In this document: positions 1 through 9,440 of the stretch, one piece after another
How the letters are laid out: the number at the start of each line of letters is the position of its first letter
Numbering within the stretch: position 1 is the first letter of the stretch
Assembly: GCA_964490075.1 (NCBI GenBank)
Contig: CAZBBK010000012.1
Coordinates: 62,001-100,111 of the forward strand
Origin: an uncultured Gemmatimonadota bacterium
GTDB lineage: Bacteria; GCA-2686955
Direction of reading: 5' to 3'
DNA length: 38,111 nucleotides
The notes under the pieces: generated by a model
Databases searched by the model: none
What the model saw: the letters and a program-made list of their open reading frames with translations, nothing else
What the model was told of the DNA's origin: nothing
Program-made: the position numbers and the translations under genes

Positions 1-25
1 GTCGGCGCCAAACTGGAGCTCGCCC

Positions 26-1027
26 GTGCGCTTCCGTAGTTCCTTCTTTGCCTGCGCGTCGCTCCTGGCGCTGGCCGCCGGCTGCGACGTGCCGGCGCTC
101 GATCCGGTCGAGCCGCCCGAGCCACCCGTCGAGGAGCCGCCCCCCGATCCGCCTTTCGTGGCGCCCCAGGGACTGAACGCGCTGGTCGGGGTCGACCGGG
201 TGACGCTGACCTGGAATGCGGTGGCGGGCGCGACCGACTACATCGTCTATCGCGAGCGCGCCGACGACGACCCGGTGCTGGCCGGGGTGACGGCCGACAC
301 CAGCTTCACCGACCGCTCGCTGGCGGTCGGCGTGGCCAACAGCTACGGCGTGGCGGCGCGCGACACGGCCGAGGTGGAGGGCTACCGGGCCGAGCTGGCC
401 GGGGCGGTGGCCGGCTACTACGGCATCGAGCTCGACGACGGCGCGGTGGCGACCCGCACGCCACAGGTGAGCGTGGCGCCGGTAGCGCCGGCGCCGGTCG
501 ACGTGGCGGCGATGGGACTCGGCGACTCGACCGAGGCCGCGCTGGTCGCCGGGCCGATCCCCTTCACCGGCAGCATCTCCTGGCCACTCTCGGGCGAGGA
601 CGGGCCGAAGACGGTGCACGGCGTGCTCTACACCGAGCGCGGAGTGCGCACCGAGGTGTTCTCGGCCGAGACCCTGCTCGACCGGGTGGCCGAGATCCGC
701 GCCGTCGACTGGTGCGTGTTCGAGGGGCTCGACTGCGTGGTGCCCGACACGGTGTTCGTGGACCAGGCCGACACGGTGCGCTTCCGCGTGCTGACCACCG
801 AGACCGAGCTGCAAGGCACGGTGACGATCCAGATCGGCGCCTTCGAAGAGGACCCGGTGCCGCTGACCGACATCGACGGCGACGGGCTCTACGAAGGGCT
901 CTTCTACGCCGGATTGACCGAGATCCGCACCACCGAGTCGACCGGACAGGTGGTGGCGAGTCTCACCGACGCGGTCGGCAACGTGGCCACTCCGGCGCTG
1001 GCCGCCGACCCGATCATCGTGCATTGA
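26..1027 (+). CDS. Lipoprotein with fibronectin type III-like domain
   Basis: Signal peptide with lipobox LAAG-C, Pro-rich linker, FN3-like motif (APQGL..VTLTWNAV..Y.VYR..SFTD..YGVAA). Confidence 0.7.
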   Translation: MRFRSSFFACASLLALAAGCDVPALDPVEPPEPPVEEPPPDPPFVAPQGLNALVGVDRVTLTWNAVAGATDYIVYRERADDDPVLAGVTADTSFTDRSLAVGVANSYGVAARDTAEVEGYRAELAGAVAGYYGIELDDGAVATRTPQVSVAPVAPAPVDVAAMGLGDSTEAALVAGPIPFTGSISWPLSGEDGPKTVHGVLYTERGVRTEVFSAETLLDRVAEIRAVDWCVFEGLDCVVPDTVFVDQADTVRFRVLTTETELQGTVTIQIGAFEEDPVPLTDIDGDGLYEGLFYAGLTEIRTTESTGQVVASLTDAVGNVATPALAADPIIVH

Positions 1028-2094
1028 CCGCCGGTTCGGCTGGGGGCGGTGGCGGCGCTGCGCTGCTGGTGACCGGGGGCCGCGGGGCGCTGGCGCTGGC
1101 GGTGCTGGGCGCACTGGCGGAGCTGGGGGGGGCGCAAGGACGGGCGTCGCGGGTGCTGGGGGGCGCGCGGGCGCGGGAGCTGGTGGCGGCGGTGGGGGAA
1201 CCGGGACTGCGCGCGGTCGCCGGCGATCCGACCAGCGCCCGAGAGGTGGCCGAGGCGGCGCGGGCGGCGCGCGCCGACACCCTCGTGCACCTGGGCCACC
1301 TGTCGTTCTTGCGCGATCCCGAAAACCCGGCCCTCTACCTCGACGCGGTCGACGCGGCGCTGCGCGGGGCGGCGCGGGGGGGCGTGCGGCGGGTCGTCTA
1401 CGTCTCGTCGCTCCTGGCGCTCGGTCCCAGCGAGGCCGGGGACGAAGATACGCTGCACGACGCGATCCACTTCCACGGCCCGGTCGAGCGCATCGCCTGG
1501 GATGCGGCGCGGGTGGCCGGCGACCTGGCGCGTGCCCACGACCTCGACCTGGTGACGCTCTTTCCCGCCTTTCTCTACGGTCCGGGGGCGGCGGGGCCGG
1601 AGAACCCGCTGGGAGCGCTGGCGGCGGCACTGGCGGCGGGACGGCTGCGGGTCAGAGTGGGGGATGGGGGACGGCGGCTGACGGTATGCCACGTCGAGGA
1701 CGCGGCGGGTGCGATCGCGGCGGCGGCGCTGGCGGCGGGTGCGGTGCCGCTCAGGGAGCGTTATCTGCTGGCGGGGCAGGTGGTGACCGCCGATGCGTTG
1801 CTGGACGGGATCGCCGCGGCGGGGGGGTGGCGGGCGCCGCGGGGGCGGATCGGCTGCTCGTCGGCGCGCGCGGTGGTGGCGCTGCGCCGTCGCAACCCGC
1901 ACCTGCGGCTGCTCAACGAGGAGCTGATCGAGGCGTTGCGCCACGATTGGGTCTATTGCTCGGAGGGGGCCGGCGCCGATCTCGGGTTCCGGACCCGGGA
2001 GCTGGAGCCGGGCCTGCGCCAGGCCTTCGCCTGCTGGCGTGAGGGCGGTCCGGCGGCCGCGCCCGTCCGCGAGCCGGTTCGGGCCGGGAAGTAG
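1024..2094 (+). CDS. NAD-dependent epimerase/dehydratase (extended SDR, HpnA/DFR-like), motifs degenerate
   Basis: LLVTGGRG Rossmann start, RRVVYVSS, PAFLYGPG and CHVEDAA motifs. TTG at 1024 overlaps the upstream TGA; the ORF-track start at 712 is spurious. Confidence 0.7.
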   Translation: MTAGSAGGGGGAALLVTGGRGALALAVLGALAELGGAQGRASRVLGGARARELVAAVGEPGLRAVAGDPTSAREVAEAARAARADTLVHLGHLSFLRDPENPALYLDAVDAALRGAARGGVRRVVYVSSLLALGPSEAGDEDTLHDAIHFHGPVERIAWDAARVAGDLARAHDLDLVTLFPAFLYGPGAAGPENPLGALAAALAAGRLRVRVGDGGRRLTVCHVEDAAGAIAAAALAAGAVPLRERYLLAGQVVTADALLDGIAAAGGWRAPRGRIGCSSARAVVALRRRNPHLRLLNEELIEALRHDWVYCSEGAGADLGFRTRELEPGLRQAFACWREGGPAAAPVREPVRAGK

Positions 2095-2101
2095 CAAAGC
2101 G

Positions 2102-3520
2102 ATGCAAGCCCAAGCCCCCCGCGAAGATCTGCGCCAGTGGCTGCAGCTCACGGCGGCCGCCGGCGCGCTGACCCTGCGCTGGATCGATGCGCCGACGGCG
2201 ATCCTGACCGGCACGGTGGCGCTGCTCTTCGTGCTGATCGTGGTGCCGCGTCTGGGCGACGGGCTCTATCGGCCGGGAGAGCCGCGCGACTCGGCGCCGA
2301 TCGGGCTGGTGCTCTACCCCGCCACCTTGCTGCTGCTGGTGACGCTCTTCTGGTCCTTCGGCGGCATGCCGCACGTGGTGGCGGCGATCTGGGGACTCTT
2401 CGCCTGCGGCGACGCCGCCGCCACCCTGCTGGGGCGCGGCGAGGCGGCCGGGCTGCCCTGGAACCCCAAGAAGTCGTGGCACGGCAGCCTGGCCTACTGG
2501 ATCTGCGGCTCGGTGCCGGCGCTCTTTCTGCTCGCCTGGGTGGGCGAGCGGCCTGACGTGGGGATCGCCGGAGGCCCGGTGGTGGCCTGGATCTTGTGCG
2601 TCGCCGTGGGGGGACTCTGCGCCTTCCTGGAATCGCTGCCGGTGCGGCGTTTCAACGACAACTTCTGGGTGCCGCTGGTCGGCGCGGTGGCGCTCTATAC
2701 CGGGCTGCTGCTGCGGGCTTCGCACATGCAGGCCAATCTGCCGCGGCCCGGGCCCTTCGCGTTGCAGGCCGTGGTGTTGGCGGCGCTGGTGGCGTGGGCC
2801 TGGACGCGCGGGGCGTGGGGAGTGACCGGAGCCCTGGCCGGGCTGGGGACCGCGCTGGTGGCGGCGATGTTGCTGGGACCCGGCGGTGCCGTGGCGCTGA
2901 TCGCGCTGGCGCTGATCACCTGGCGCGCCGCCGACTACGCCCATCGCCGCCGCCTGGCCCTCGACGCGGACGACGCCGCGGGGCGGGCCGGATCGATCGC
3001 CGCCGGAGGCCCGCGCTGGAGCGCCGCCCTGGTGGTGGTGGCGACCCAGGCCTTCCTGGTGCTGGCCTTTCTCGCCTTCTCCACCGGCGTGGGCGGGGGC
3101 GGCGGCGCGGGGGCCGACCCGCTGCACGCGCTCTTCGCGACCGCGGCGTTGGGCGCGCTGGCGGGGGTGGCGGCGGCGCGCGTGGCGCGCGACCTGGGGC
3201 CGATCTTCGGGCGCACGCCGGTGCTCGCCACCACGCTCGAGCGGGTGGCGGCCGGGACCACCGGCGCGATCTCGCTGGAAGGCACGCTGCTCGGTGCGGG
3301 GGCGGCGTGCGCGATCGGCGTGGTGGGGGCGGTGGCGGGACTGACGACGCTCTGGTGCGCACCGCTGGTGGCCCTGGCCGGCGCCCTGGGCAGCCACCTG
3401 GAGAGCTTCCTGGCCGCCTCGATCAGCGCCGAGCGCAGCCCTGGCGAGCTGGCCCTGGTTTCGGTCAACAGCGCGGTCGCGGGGCTGGTGACCATCCTGC
3501 TCACGATGCTGATCTTCTGA
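2102..3520 (+). CDS. Membrane protein: phytol/dolichol kinase-like (CTP_transf_1) N-half fused to DUF92-like C-half
   Basis: REDLRQWL, GDAAATLLG..PWNPKKSWHGS, ESLP..DN motifs; C-half TT.ERV..GT.GAISLEGT and ESFLAA..VN motifs; highly hydrophobic. Confidence 0.75.
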   Translation: MQAQAPREDLRQWLQLTAAAGALTLRWIDAPTAILTGTVALLFVLIVVPRLGDGLYRPGEPRDSAPIGLVLYPATLLLLVTLFWSFGGMPHVVAAIWGLFACGDAAATLLGRGEAAGLPWNPKKSWHGSLAYWICGSVPALFLLAWVGERPDVGIAGGPVVAWILCVAVGGLCAFLESLPVRRFNDNFWVPLVGAVALYTGLLLRASHMQANLPRPGPFALQAVVLAALVAWAWTRGAWGVTGALAGLGTALVAAMLLGPGGAVALIALALITWRAADYAHRRRLALDADDAAGRAGSIAAGGPRWSAALVVVATQAFLVLAFLAFSTGVGGGGGAGADPLHALFATAALGALAGVAAARVARDLGPIFGRTPVLATTLERVAAGTTGAISLEGTLLGAGAACAIGVVGAVAGLTTLWCAPLVALAGALGSHLESFLAASISAERSPGELALVSVNSAVAGLVTILLTMLIF

Positions 3521-4539
3521 TGTCGGCCGCCGCTCCCCGCAGTCCTTACTGGGACCTGGTGCGCCCCTTTACGCTCTTGCCGCCCCTGATCGGCATGCTT
3601 TCCGGGGCGCTGTGCGCGATCGGGGCGGTGGCGGCGCGCGAAGGGCTCTCGCTTGCCGAGGTGGTCGGGGCGGGGGCGGGAGCGGGGACGGGCGGCGCCG
3701 GGGGAGCGGCGGGACGCATCGCCGCCATCGCCCTGGGTGCGGTGATGGCCGCCGGCTTGAACGCCGGCTCCAACGCCATCAACCAGCTCACCGACCAGGA
3801 AAACGACCGGCGCAACAAGCCGACCCGACCGCTCCCTTCCGGGCGTCTCACGCCGGGCGCGGTGCTGCTGATCGGGATCGGCTTCTACGCCGCGGCCCTG
3901 GCCGCCGCCTGGGCGGTCGGCGTGCCGGCCGGCGGCGGCGTTCGCGAGTGCTTCTGGATCGCCTGCGCCGGCGCCGCGGGAAGCCTGGTCTACTCGGTGC
4001 CGCCGGTGCGCACCAAGCGCTGGGCCTGGGCCGCGCAGCTCACCATCGCCCTTCCCCGCGGCATGTTGCTCCGGGTCTGCGGCTGGTCGTGCGTCGCCAG
4101 CACCTTTGGCGATCCGGAGCCCTGGTATAGCGGAGCGGTGTTCTTCCTCTTCGTGCTCGGCGCGGCCGCCACCAAGGACTTCGCCGACGTGGTGGGCGAC
4201 CGGGCGGCCGGCTGCAATACCTGGCCGGTGCTCTACGGAGCGGCCGGCGCCGCGCGTCGCATCGCTCCCTTCCTGGTGCTGCCCTGGCTGCTGCTGCCGC
4301 TGGGAGTGCTGCTGCCGCACCCGGCGGGCGGGGCGCTGTTGGCGGCGCATCCTCTTCTCTTGATCGCGCTCGGCCCGCTGCTCGCCCTCTACGGCCTCTA
4401 CCTCGCACGGCTGATGCTGCTCCGCCCGGACGATCTGGCGCGGGTCGAGAACCACCCCTCCTGGGTCCACATGTATCGCCTGATGATGTGTGCCCAGGGC
4501 GGGCTGGTGCTCGCTTATCTGACCGGAAAGGGAATCTGA
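3520..4539 (+). CDS. UbiA-family prenyltransferase (DGGGP synthase/chlorophyll synthase-like motifs)
   Basis: NQLTDQENDRRNKPTRPLPSG and TKDFADVVGD Asp-rich motifs, YSVPP; ATG overlaps upstream stop (TGATG). Confidence 0.85.
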   Translation: MSAAAPRSPYWDLVRPFTLLPPLIGMLSGALCAIGAVAAREGLSLAEVVGAGAGAGTGGAGGAAGRIAAIALGAVMAAGLNAGSNAINQLTDQENDRRNKPTRPLPSGRLTPGAVLLIGIGFYAAALAAAWAVGVPAGGGVRECFWIACAGAAGSLVYSVPPVRTKRWAWAAQLTIALPRGMLLRVCGWSCVASTFGDPEPWYSGAVFFLFVLGAAATKDFADVVGDRAAGCNTWPVLYGAAGAARRIAPFLVLPWLLLPLGVLLPHPAGGALLAAHPLLLIALGPLLALYGLYLARLMLLRPDDLARVENHPSWVHMYRLMMCAQGGLVLAYLTGKGI

Positions 4540-4615
4540 GCCTGTTTTCTCTTGCGCATAGGGCCGATCCGGTGCAAGAAGAGAGAAACCGACCGCACCA
4601 GGAGGATCTTGCACC

Positions 4616-5881
4616 GTGAGCACCGCCCCCTCGCATCCGCGCCGCGTCGTCATCACCGGCATCGGCCCCGTCACTCCGATCGGCATCGGCCGTGACGCCG
4701 TCGCCGCCGCCTTGGTGGAGGGTCGCTGCGGGGTCGGCCCCCTCGACGACAGCATCGACCACCAGCGGGTGCGCACCCATTTCGGCGCCCAGATCGGCGA
4801 CTGGGATCCCAGCCCCTGGCTCGATCAGCGCCAGCGGCGGCGCCTGGCGCGCAACGCCCAGTTTGCCGTAGTCGCCGCCACCCTGGCCCTCGACGATGCC
4901 GGCCTCGATCTCTGCGCCGACCTGGAGCTGGCCCGCCGCTGCGGCACCATCCTCGGCACCTGCGCCGAGCTGGAGTGGGTCTACAAGGGGGTGCTCGACC
5001 TCTACCAGCATCCGCGCGGTCTCAAGGGGGTGGCGCCGCTCACCGTCACCTGTGCCTTCCCCGACGCTCCGGCCGGCCAGGCGGCGATCGTCACCGGCGC
5101 GCGTGGCGCCAACATGGCGGTGTCGACCGCCTGCTCCAGCGCCAACAACGCCATGGGCTACGCCTTCAGCCTGATCCGTCTCGGCATGCTCGACCTGTGC
5201 GTCACCGGCGGCACCGAGGCGCCTTTGCAGGCCGCGACACTCGGTGCCTTCAACAACGTGCGTGCGCTCTCGACCAACAACGACGAGCCCTACACCGCCT
5301 GTCGCCCCTTCGATGTCAAACGCGACGGTTTCGTGATGGGGGAGGGTGCCGGCCTGGTGATCTTCGAGGAGCTGGAGCACGCGCGCCGTCGCGGTGCGCG
5401 CATCTACGCCGAGGTGGCCGGCTTCGGTCAATCCTGCGACGCCCAGCACATGACCCAGCTCGATCCCGAGGGCATCGAGCCGGCGCGCGCGCTGCGCATG
5501 GCCCTCGACGACGCCGGCCTGGATCCGGAAGACGTCGACTACATCAACGCCCACGGCACTTCGACGCCGATCAACGACCCGACCGAGACGCGCATCATCA
5601 AGCGGGTGTTCGGCGACCGCGCCTACAAGATCCCTGTCTCTTCCTCGAAGTCGATGTTCGGGCACCTGATCGGCGCCTCGGGCGGAGTCGAGCTGATCGC
5701 CACCCTGCTCGGAATGGAGCAGGATTTCATTCCGCCGACCATCAACCTGCACGATCCCGATCCCGAATGCGATCTCGACTACGTGCCCAACCAGGCGCGC
5801 CAGGGGAAGATCGACGTGGCGGTGCTGAACTCGTTCGGATTCGGCGGGAAGAACGCTATTTTGGCGGTGCGGCGGATTTGA
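4616..5881 (+). CDS. fabF: Beta-ketoacyl-ACP synthase II family
   Basis: RRVVITGIG, TACSS (catalytic Cys), YINAHGTST and KSMFGH (two His), NSFGFGG; AGGAGG upstream of GTG. Confidence 0.88.
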   Translation: MSTAPSHPRRVVITGIGPVTPIGIGRDAVAAALVEGRCGVGPLDDSIDHQRVRTHFGAQIGDWDPSPWLDQRQRRRLARNAQFAVVAATLALDDAGLDLCADLELARRCGTILGTCAELEWVYKGVLDLYQHPRGLKGVAPLTVTCAFPDAPAGQAAIVTGARGANMAVSTACSSANNAMGYAFSLIRLGMLDLCVTGGTEAPLQAATLGAFNNVRALSTNNDEPYTACRPFDVKRDGFVMGEGAGLVIFEELEHARRRGARIYAEVAGFGQSCDAQHMTQLDPEGIEPARALRMALDDAGLDPEDVDYINAHGTSTPINDPTETRIIKRVFGDRAYKIPVSSSKSMFGHLIGASGGVELIATLLGMEQDFIPPTINLHDPDPECDLDYVPNQARQGKIDVAVLNSFGFGGKNAILAVRRI

Positions 5882-5927
5882 TGGTGGGCCCGCCCAGGCG
5901 CCCGCACCCGTCCCCGCGCCCGGCCCC

Positions 5928-6183
5928 GACACAAAGCCCAGCTCCGCGCCCGGAACCGCGAGTCGTGACGCCTTTTCGCGACACAACTCACCACTCTCGA
6001 TCGAGAGTACGGAGCTGCGACCGTATACCCGCCACAATTCGCCACTCATCGCGAAGAACCCGGAGCCACGACCGTATTCGCGTCGTACCTCGCGACTCTC
6101 GATCGAGAGTGGTGAGTTGTGTCCAGCATCTGGCCGCGGCTTTCGGCTCCTCGATCGGAGTCGCGAGTTACGACCGGATGACG
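5928..6183. repeat. 51-bp-period array (family A, copy 1) containing a perfect 29-bp inverted repeat
   Basis: Units start at about 5928, 5980, 6031, 6082, 6133. GACACAACTCACCACTCTCGATCGAGAGT (5980-6008) is the exact reverse complement of 6095-6123. Core ACTCTCGATCGAGAGT is itself palindromic. Confidence 0.85.
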
Positions 6184-6262
6184 GCTTTCGCCAGGATCTC
6201 CCGCTGGGCCTGCGCTTCTTCGCGCAGTGCGTTGCTCGAGAAGCGCTATGTCGAAACCCCAG

Positions 6263-6278
6263 GGGGGCGATCGCCCCC
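6263..6278. other. GC-rich perfect palindrome in convergent intergenic region (possible terminator stem or binding site)
   Basis: GGGGGCGATCGCCCCC; no U-tract. Confidence 0.3.
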
Positions 6279-6336
6279 TTGACGAAACCAAAGGCGACGA
6301 GGAGCAGAGCAAGCGCCTGGTGCCGCTGAAATGGGG

Positions 6337-9300
6337 CTATCGGAGATTCCCCGGCGTCGGCTCGGAGCTCGCTTCCCAGGTCGGCTGCCCGGCCGGAGTC
6401 CGCGCCAGGCTCCAGTCGCTCTCCTGGTAGCCGAAGACGATCCAGTCGACCGGCTCGGCGTCCGGGTCCCGCACCAGGGCCAGCTCTTCGCCTTCGCGCG
6501 CCAGCTTGAAAGGCGCATGCAGCTCCCCCTGCTCGGGGTCGTCGTCGAGCCATAGCAGCAACACTTCGCCCGGCGCCAGGCTGCGGGCGGGCAGCGCCCA
6601 GCGCAGCGGATCGTCTTCGAGGTCGTCGCTCAGGTAGAGCCCGGCGGTGCTTCGCGTGGTTCCGCACGCGTTGACGATTTCGACCCAGTCGTCGAACTCG
6701 CCGAATTCGTCGGCGATCAGGGTCGAGTTCGAGGCACAGAGCTCGTTGAGCAGCAGCGTCGCGGGCGGACCGGTGTCGACGTAGAGCGCGATCGACTCGG
6801 CCGCGATCGGATCGTCGCCTTCGAAGGCGCGCAGAGTCAGATCGTATCGTCCGCCTGTCAACCAGGGGGCATTCGCGGGCAGAGCGATCTCGAAGCGTTC
6901 TTCGACCTCCTGTCCCGGGGTCAGCTCCTGGAGCTCGCGCTCCACGGCAAAGGGCACCGGAAGCCACACGCCCCCCGGTCCGATCGCCTCGAGGTAGAGC
7001 GTCGGAGCGATCCGCGGGCGCCAGGTCGAGCGCACCGTGGCGAGCAGCTCGATGCTGGTGCCGGGGGTGGGGTAGGAGTCGTCGACCGAGAGCTCGAGCA
7101 GGAGTGGCGAGTCCCAGAGATTGGGCGCGTCCGGTGTGGCCTCCGGCAGCACCCGCATTCGCCCGGCTCCCTCCGGAAAGCGGCCGATGGTCGCCAGCTC
7201 CGGAAAGGTCGCCAGGTCGACCGAGTCGATGATGCCGCCACCATTGGGGGCCACCAGTGCCAGCCAACCGGTCAGATGCTCGGGAAGTGTAACTGTGGTG
7301 CGTTGGCCTTCGGTGATGGTCTGCGGCGGAACCGGCCAGCGCTCCGGATCGATGGGATCGTCGGTGAGGTGCAGCCCCTCGAGATCGAGTGGATCGACTC
7401 CGCGGTAATGGAGCTCGACGACCGTGCTATCCGAGCGCACGATTTCGTTCAGCGTCAGGTCGACCCAGGGCTCCGGCATCAGCTCCGCGATCGATGTCCG
7501 CAGTGTCGCTTCTCGGCCGGCCAGCACCCGCGCCATCTCCCAGGACCACTGGCGGTACATCTCCTCCGACTCGCGCACCAGCTTCTCGGTGTCGAGGAAG
7601 GCGTCTTCGACGATCAGCTCGGCGACCGAGTCGAGTGTCGCCATGGTCCGCTCGGTGGCGAGTGGACCGTCCAGCAAGATCTCGAGGCGTCGCAGGTAGC
7701 GGCGCAGCAGCGAAGGGGGCTCCAGCAAGCGCTCGGCCAGGGCGTTGTGCTGATCGCGGGAGTCGGGCGCGGCCGAGGTGGTGAAGTTCGCCGGCAGGCC
7801 GTGCTCGTGCAGCACCACATCGACGTCCCAGGGCAGCACCCGCCATGGCCCACCGAGGCGGCCGCGATGCAGGATGAAGTTGTGCATCGCGAAATCGTCG
7901 TTGCCGAGGAAGACCTGCAGCGCGTACCAATCGATCACTGCGTCGACGTCGAAGGTGGCCCGCAGCCAGGTCTCGAGCTCTGGGTCCTCGAGACGATCCA
8001 GCTCTTGCACCAGCTCGATCACATCGCGGCGTTGCCAGTCGTCGGTCTGGGTGTTTTCGAATCCCCTCAGGTAGGCGGCTTCGTCGGCCAAGGGGAAGAG
8101 CCCGGCCTCGACCTTGTAGCAACGATCGGTGACATCGAAGCCGATCCGCTCCAGGTAGTCCTGGTCGGGATCCTCCACGTGCGAGTAGACGCCGGCGAAG
8201 TCGCCGTTCAGAGATAGCGACACGGGATCGACCAGGTAGGTCGGGAGGTCGCAGTCGACCATCAGTCGATGCGAGAGCGGCTCGCGCATCAGGGCGATGT
8301 CGTTGAAATTGGATGCCATGCTGACCACCGAGGAGCCGCGCACCAAGGGTCCCTCGTCGATTCGTAGCTTCCAGGACTTCTTGGGTTGCCGCAGGCTGCC
8401 GGTCCCACGGAACTGCAGGCGTCCGCTGCACGACACTCCGTCGATGCTGAGCATCGCCGGCCGGCGGATCTTCTCCGGCAGTGCTCGCTCCATTGCTCGC
8501 AGGTCGTCCTCGCCGACCACCAGCTCCCATCGCGCAAGGGGGCCGGGGCTGCGCGGTGCGGCTCCCGCAGCGTCGGCGACCGCTCCGAGACGGCCCCCGG
8601 CGTCGAGAGCCCGTACCAAGTAGCGCAGCTGCGGGTCGGCGGGCAAACGAATCCAGGGCAGGTAGCGGATCGACGACGCTACGAGCGCGCCTCGATTCTG
8701 TTGCGCCCAGACCTCGTAACGATCGAGCCCCATCGGGCAGGCCGGCCGCCAGGTGAAGAGCGCATGGTCATCGCCGCGGCGCACCCGCAGCTCGGTCGGT
8801 GCGGCGAGCGGCGGGGGAGTGCCACTGAGCAAGGGACGCAGCGCGATCGCCGATACACGCGGCGGCAGCAGCGACTCCCGGTGTGGTGCGAAGATGATCT
8901 CGATCGAATCCGAGGTCGCGAGCACCGCGCGTCGCACATTCAAGGCGCGCTCCTTGCCGACCAGCGCGAAGATGTCGAGATCGGCCAGCAAGGTGTCCTG
9001 ATCGACCGCCACCAGCATGCGTCGGATGCCGGGGCCATCGGCCTCGGTCTCGTTGAAGCGCAGAGTCAGCTCGTGGAGACCGGGTTGCGCCGCAAATCGC
9101 CACAGATGAGTTCCTTCGCGAAACACACCGTAGAGCGGACGATCGGCCTCGTCTCCGTCCACGAAGAACTTGATGTCGATATCGGCGTCCGCGTCGCCGC
9201 CGAGGTAGACTCCCTGCGCGCCGGGCCGCCAACGCTGCTCGGCCCGGTACTCGATGCCATCCGATGCCGCGACGGAACGGGCTCCGCCGGCATTGAAGCC

Positions 9301-9384
9301 GAGAGTCGCGGGTGCGGCCGGCGTCGAAGGCGCGAGGGCGGCGACGACCACGACAGCTCTGATCGACCGGGTCGCGAGTGCCAT
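6337..9384 (-). CDS. Secreted multidomain CotH-family kinase protein (malectin-like, FN3-like, CotH, lamin-tail domains)
   Basis: Signal peptide from ATG 9384; malectin-like FNAGG..L.F.E..DIF; CotH motifs RG..KKSWK, GVY..VE, GNDD..HNF, PWDVD; C-terminal LTD NELCASN..DEFGEFDDWVEI..PTPG. Confidence 0.85.
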   Translation of the reverse strand: MALATRSIRAVVVVAALAPSTPAAPATLGFNAGGARSVAASDGIEYRAEQRWRPGAQGVYLGGDADADIDIKFFVDGDEADRPLYGVFREGTHLWRFAAQPGLHELTLRFNETEADGPGIRRMLVAVDQDTLLADLDIFALVGKERALNVRRAVLATSDSIEIIFAPHRESLLPPRVSAIALRPLLSGTPPPLAAPTELRVRRGDDHALFTWRPACPMGLDRYEVWAQQNRGALVASSIRYLPWIRLPADPQLRYLVRALDAGGRLGAVADAAGAAPRSPGPLARWELVVGEDDLRAMERALPEKIRRPAMLSIDGVSCSGRLQFRGTGSLRQPKKSWKLRIDEGPLVRGSSVVSMASNFNDIALMREPLSHRLMVDCDLPTYLVDPVSLSLNGDFAGVYSHVEDPDQDYLERIGFDVTDRCYKVEAGLFPLADEAAYLRGFENTQTDDWQRRDVIELVQELDRLEDPELETWLRATFDVDAVIDWYALQVFLGNDDFAMHNFILHRGRLGGPWRVLPWDVDVVLHEHGLPANFTTSAAPDSRDQHNALAERLLEPPSLLRRYLRRLEILLDGPLATERTMATLDSVAELIVEDAFLDTEKLVRESEEMYRQWSWEMARVLAGREATLRTSIAELMPEPWVDLTLNEIVRSDSTVVELHYRGVDPLDLEGLHLTDDPIDPERWPVPPQTITEGQRTTVTLPEHLTGWLALVAPNGGGIIDSVDLATFPELATIGRFPEGAGRMRVLPEATPDAPNLWDSPLLLELSVDDSYPTPGTSIELLATVRSTWRPRIAPTLYLEAIGPGGVWLPVPFAVERELQELTPGQEVEERFEIALPANAPWLTGGRYDLTLRAFEGDDPIAAESIALYVDTGPPATLLLNELCASNSTLIADEFGEFDDWVEIVNACGTTRSTAGLYLSDDLEDDPLRWALPARSLAPGEVLLLWLDDDPEQGELHAPFKLAREGEELALVRDPDAEPVDWIVFGYQESDWSLARTPAGQPTWEASSEPTPGNLR

Positions 9385-9440
9385 GGAACCAGCATAACGC
9401 CGCAAGGCACGGGGCCCGCCGGCGCGATACACTGCGCGCC

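Noticed and set aside
5928-6183. Integron attC sites
   Set aside because: No RYYYAAC..GTTRRRY ends and no cassette organisation or integrase.
4040-7267. Long antisense/alternative-frame ORFs (also 2935-4776, 14584-16581, 27389-29656 and others)
   Set aside because: Shadow ORFs expected at high GC opposite well-supported genes.
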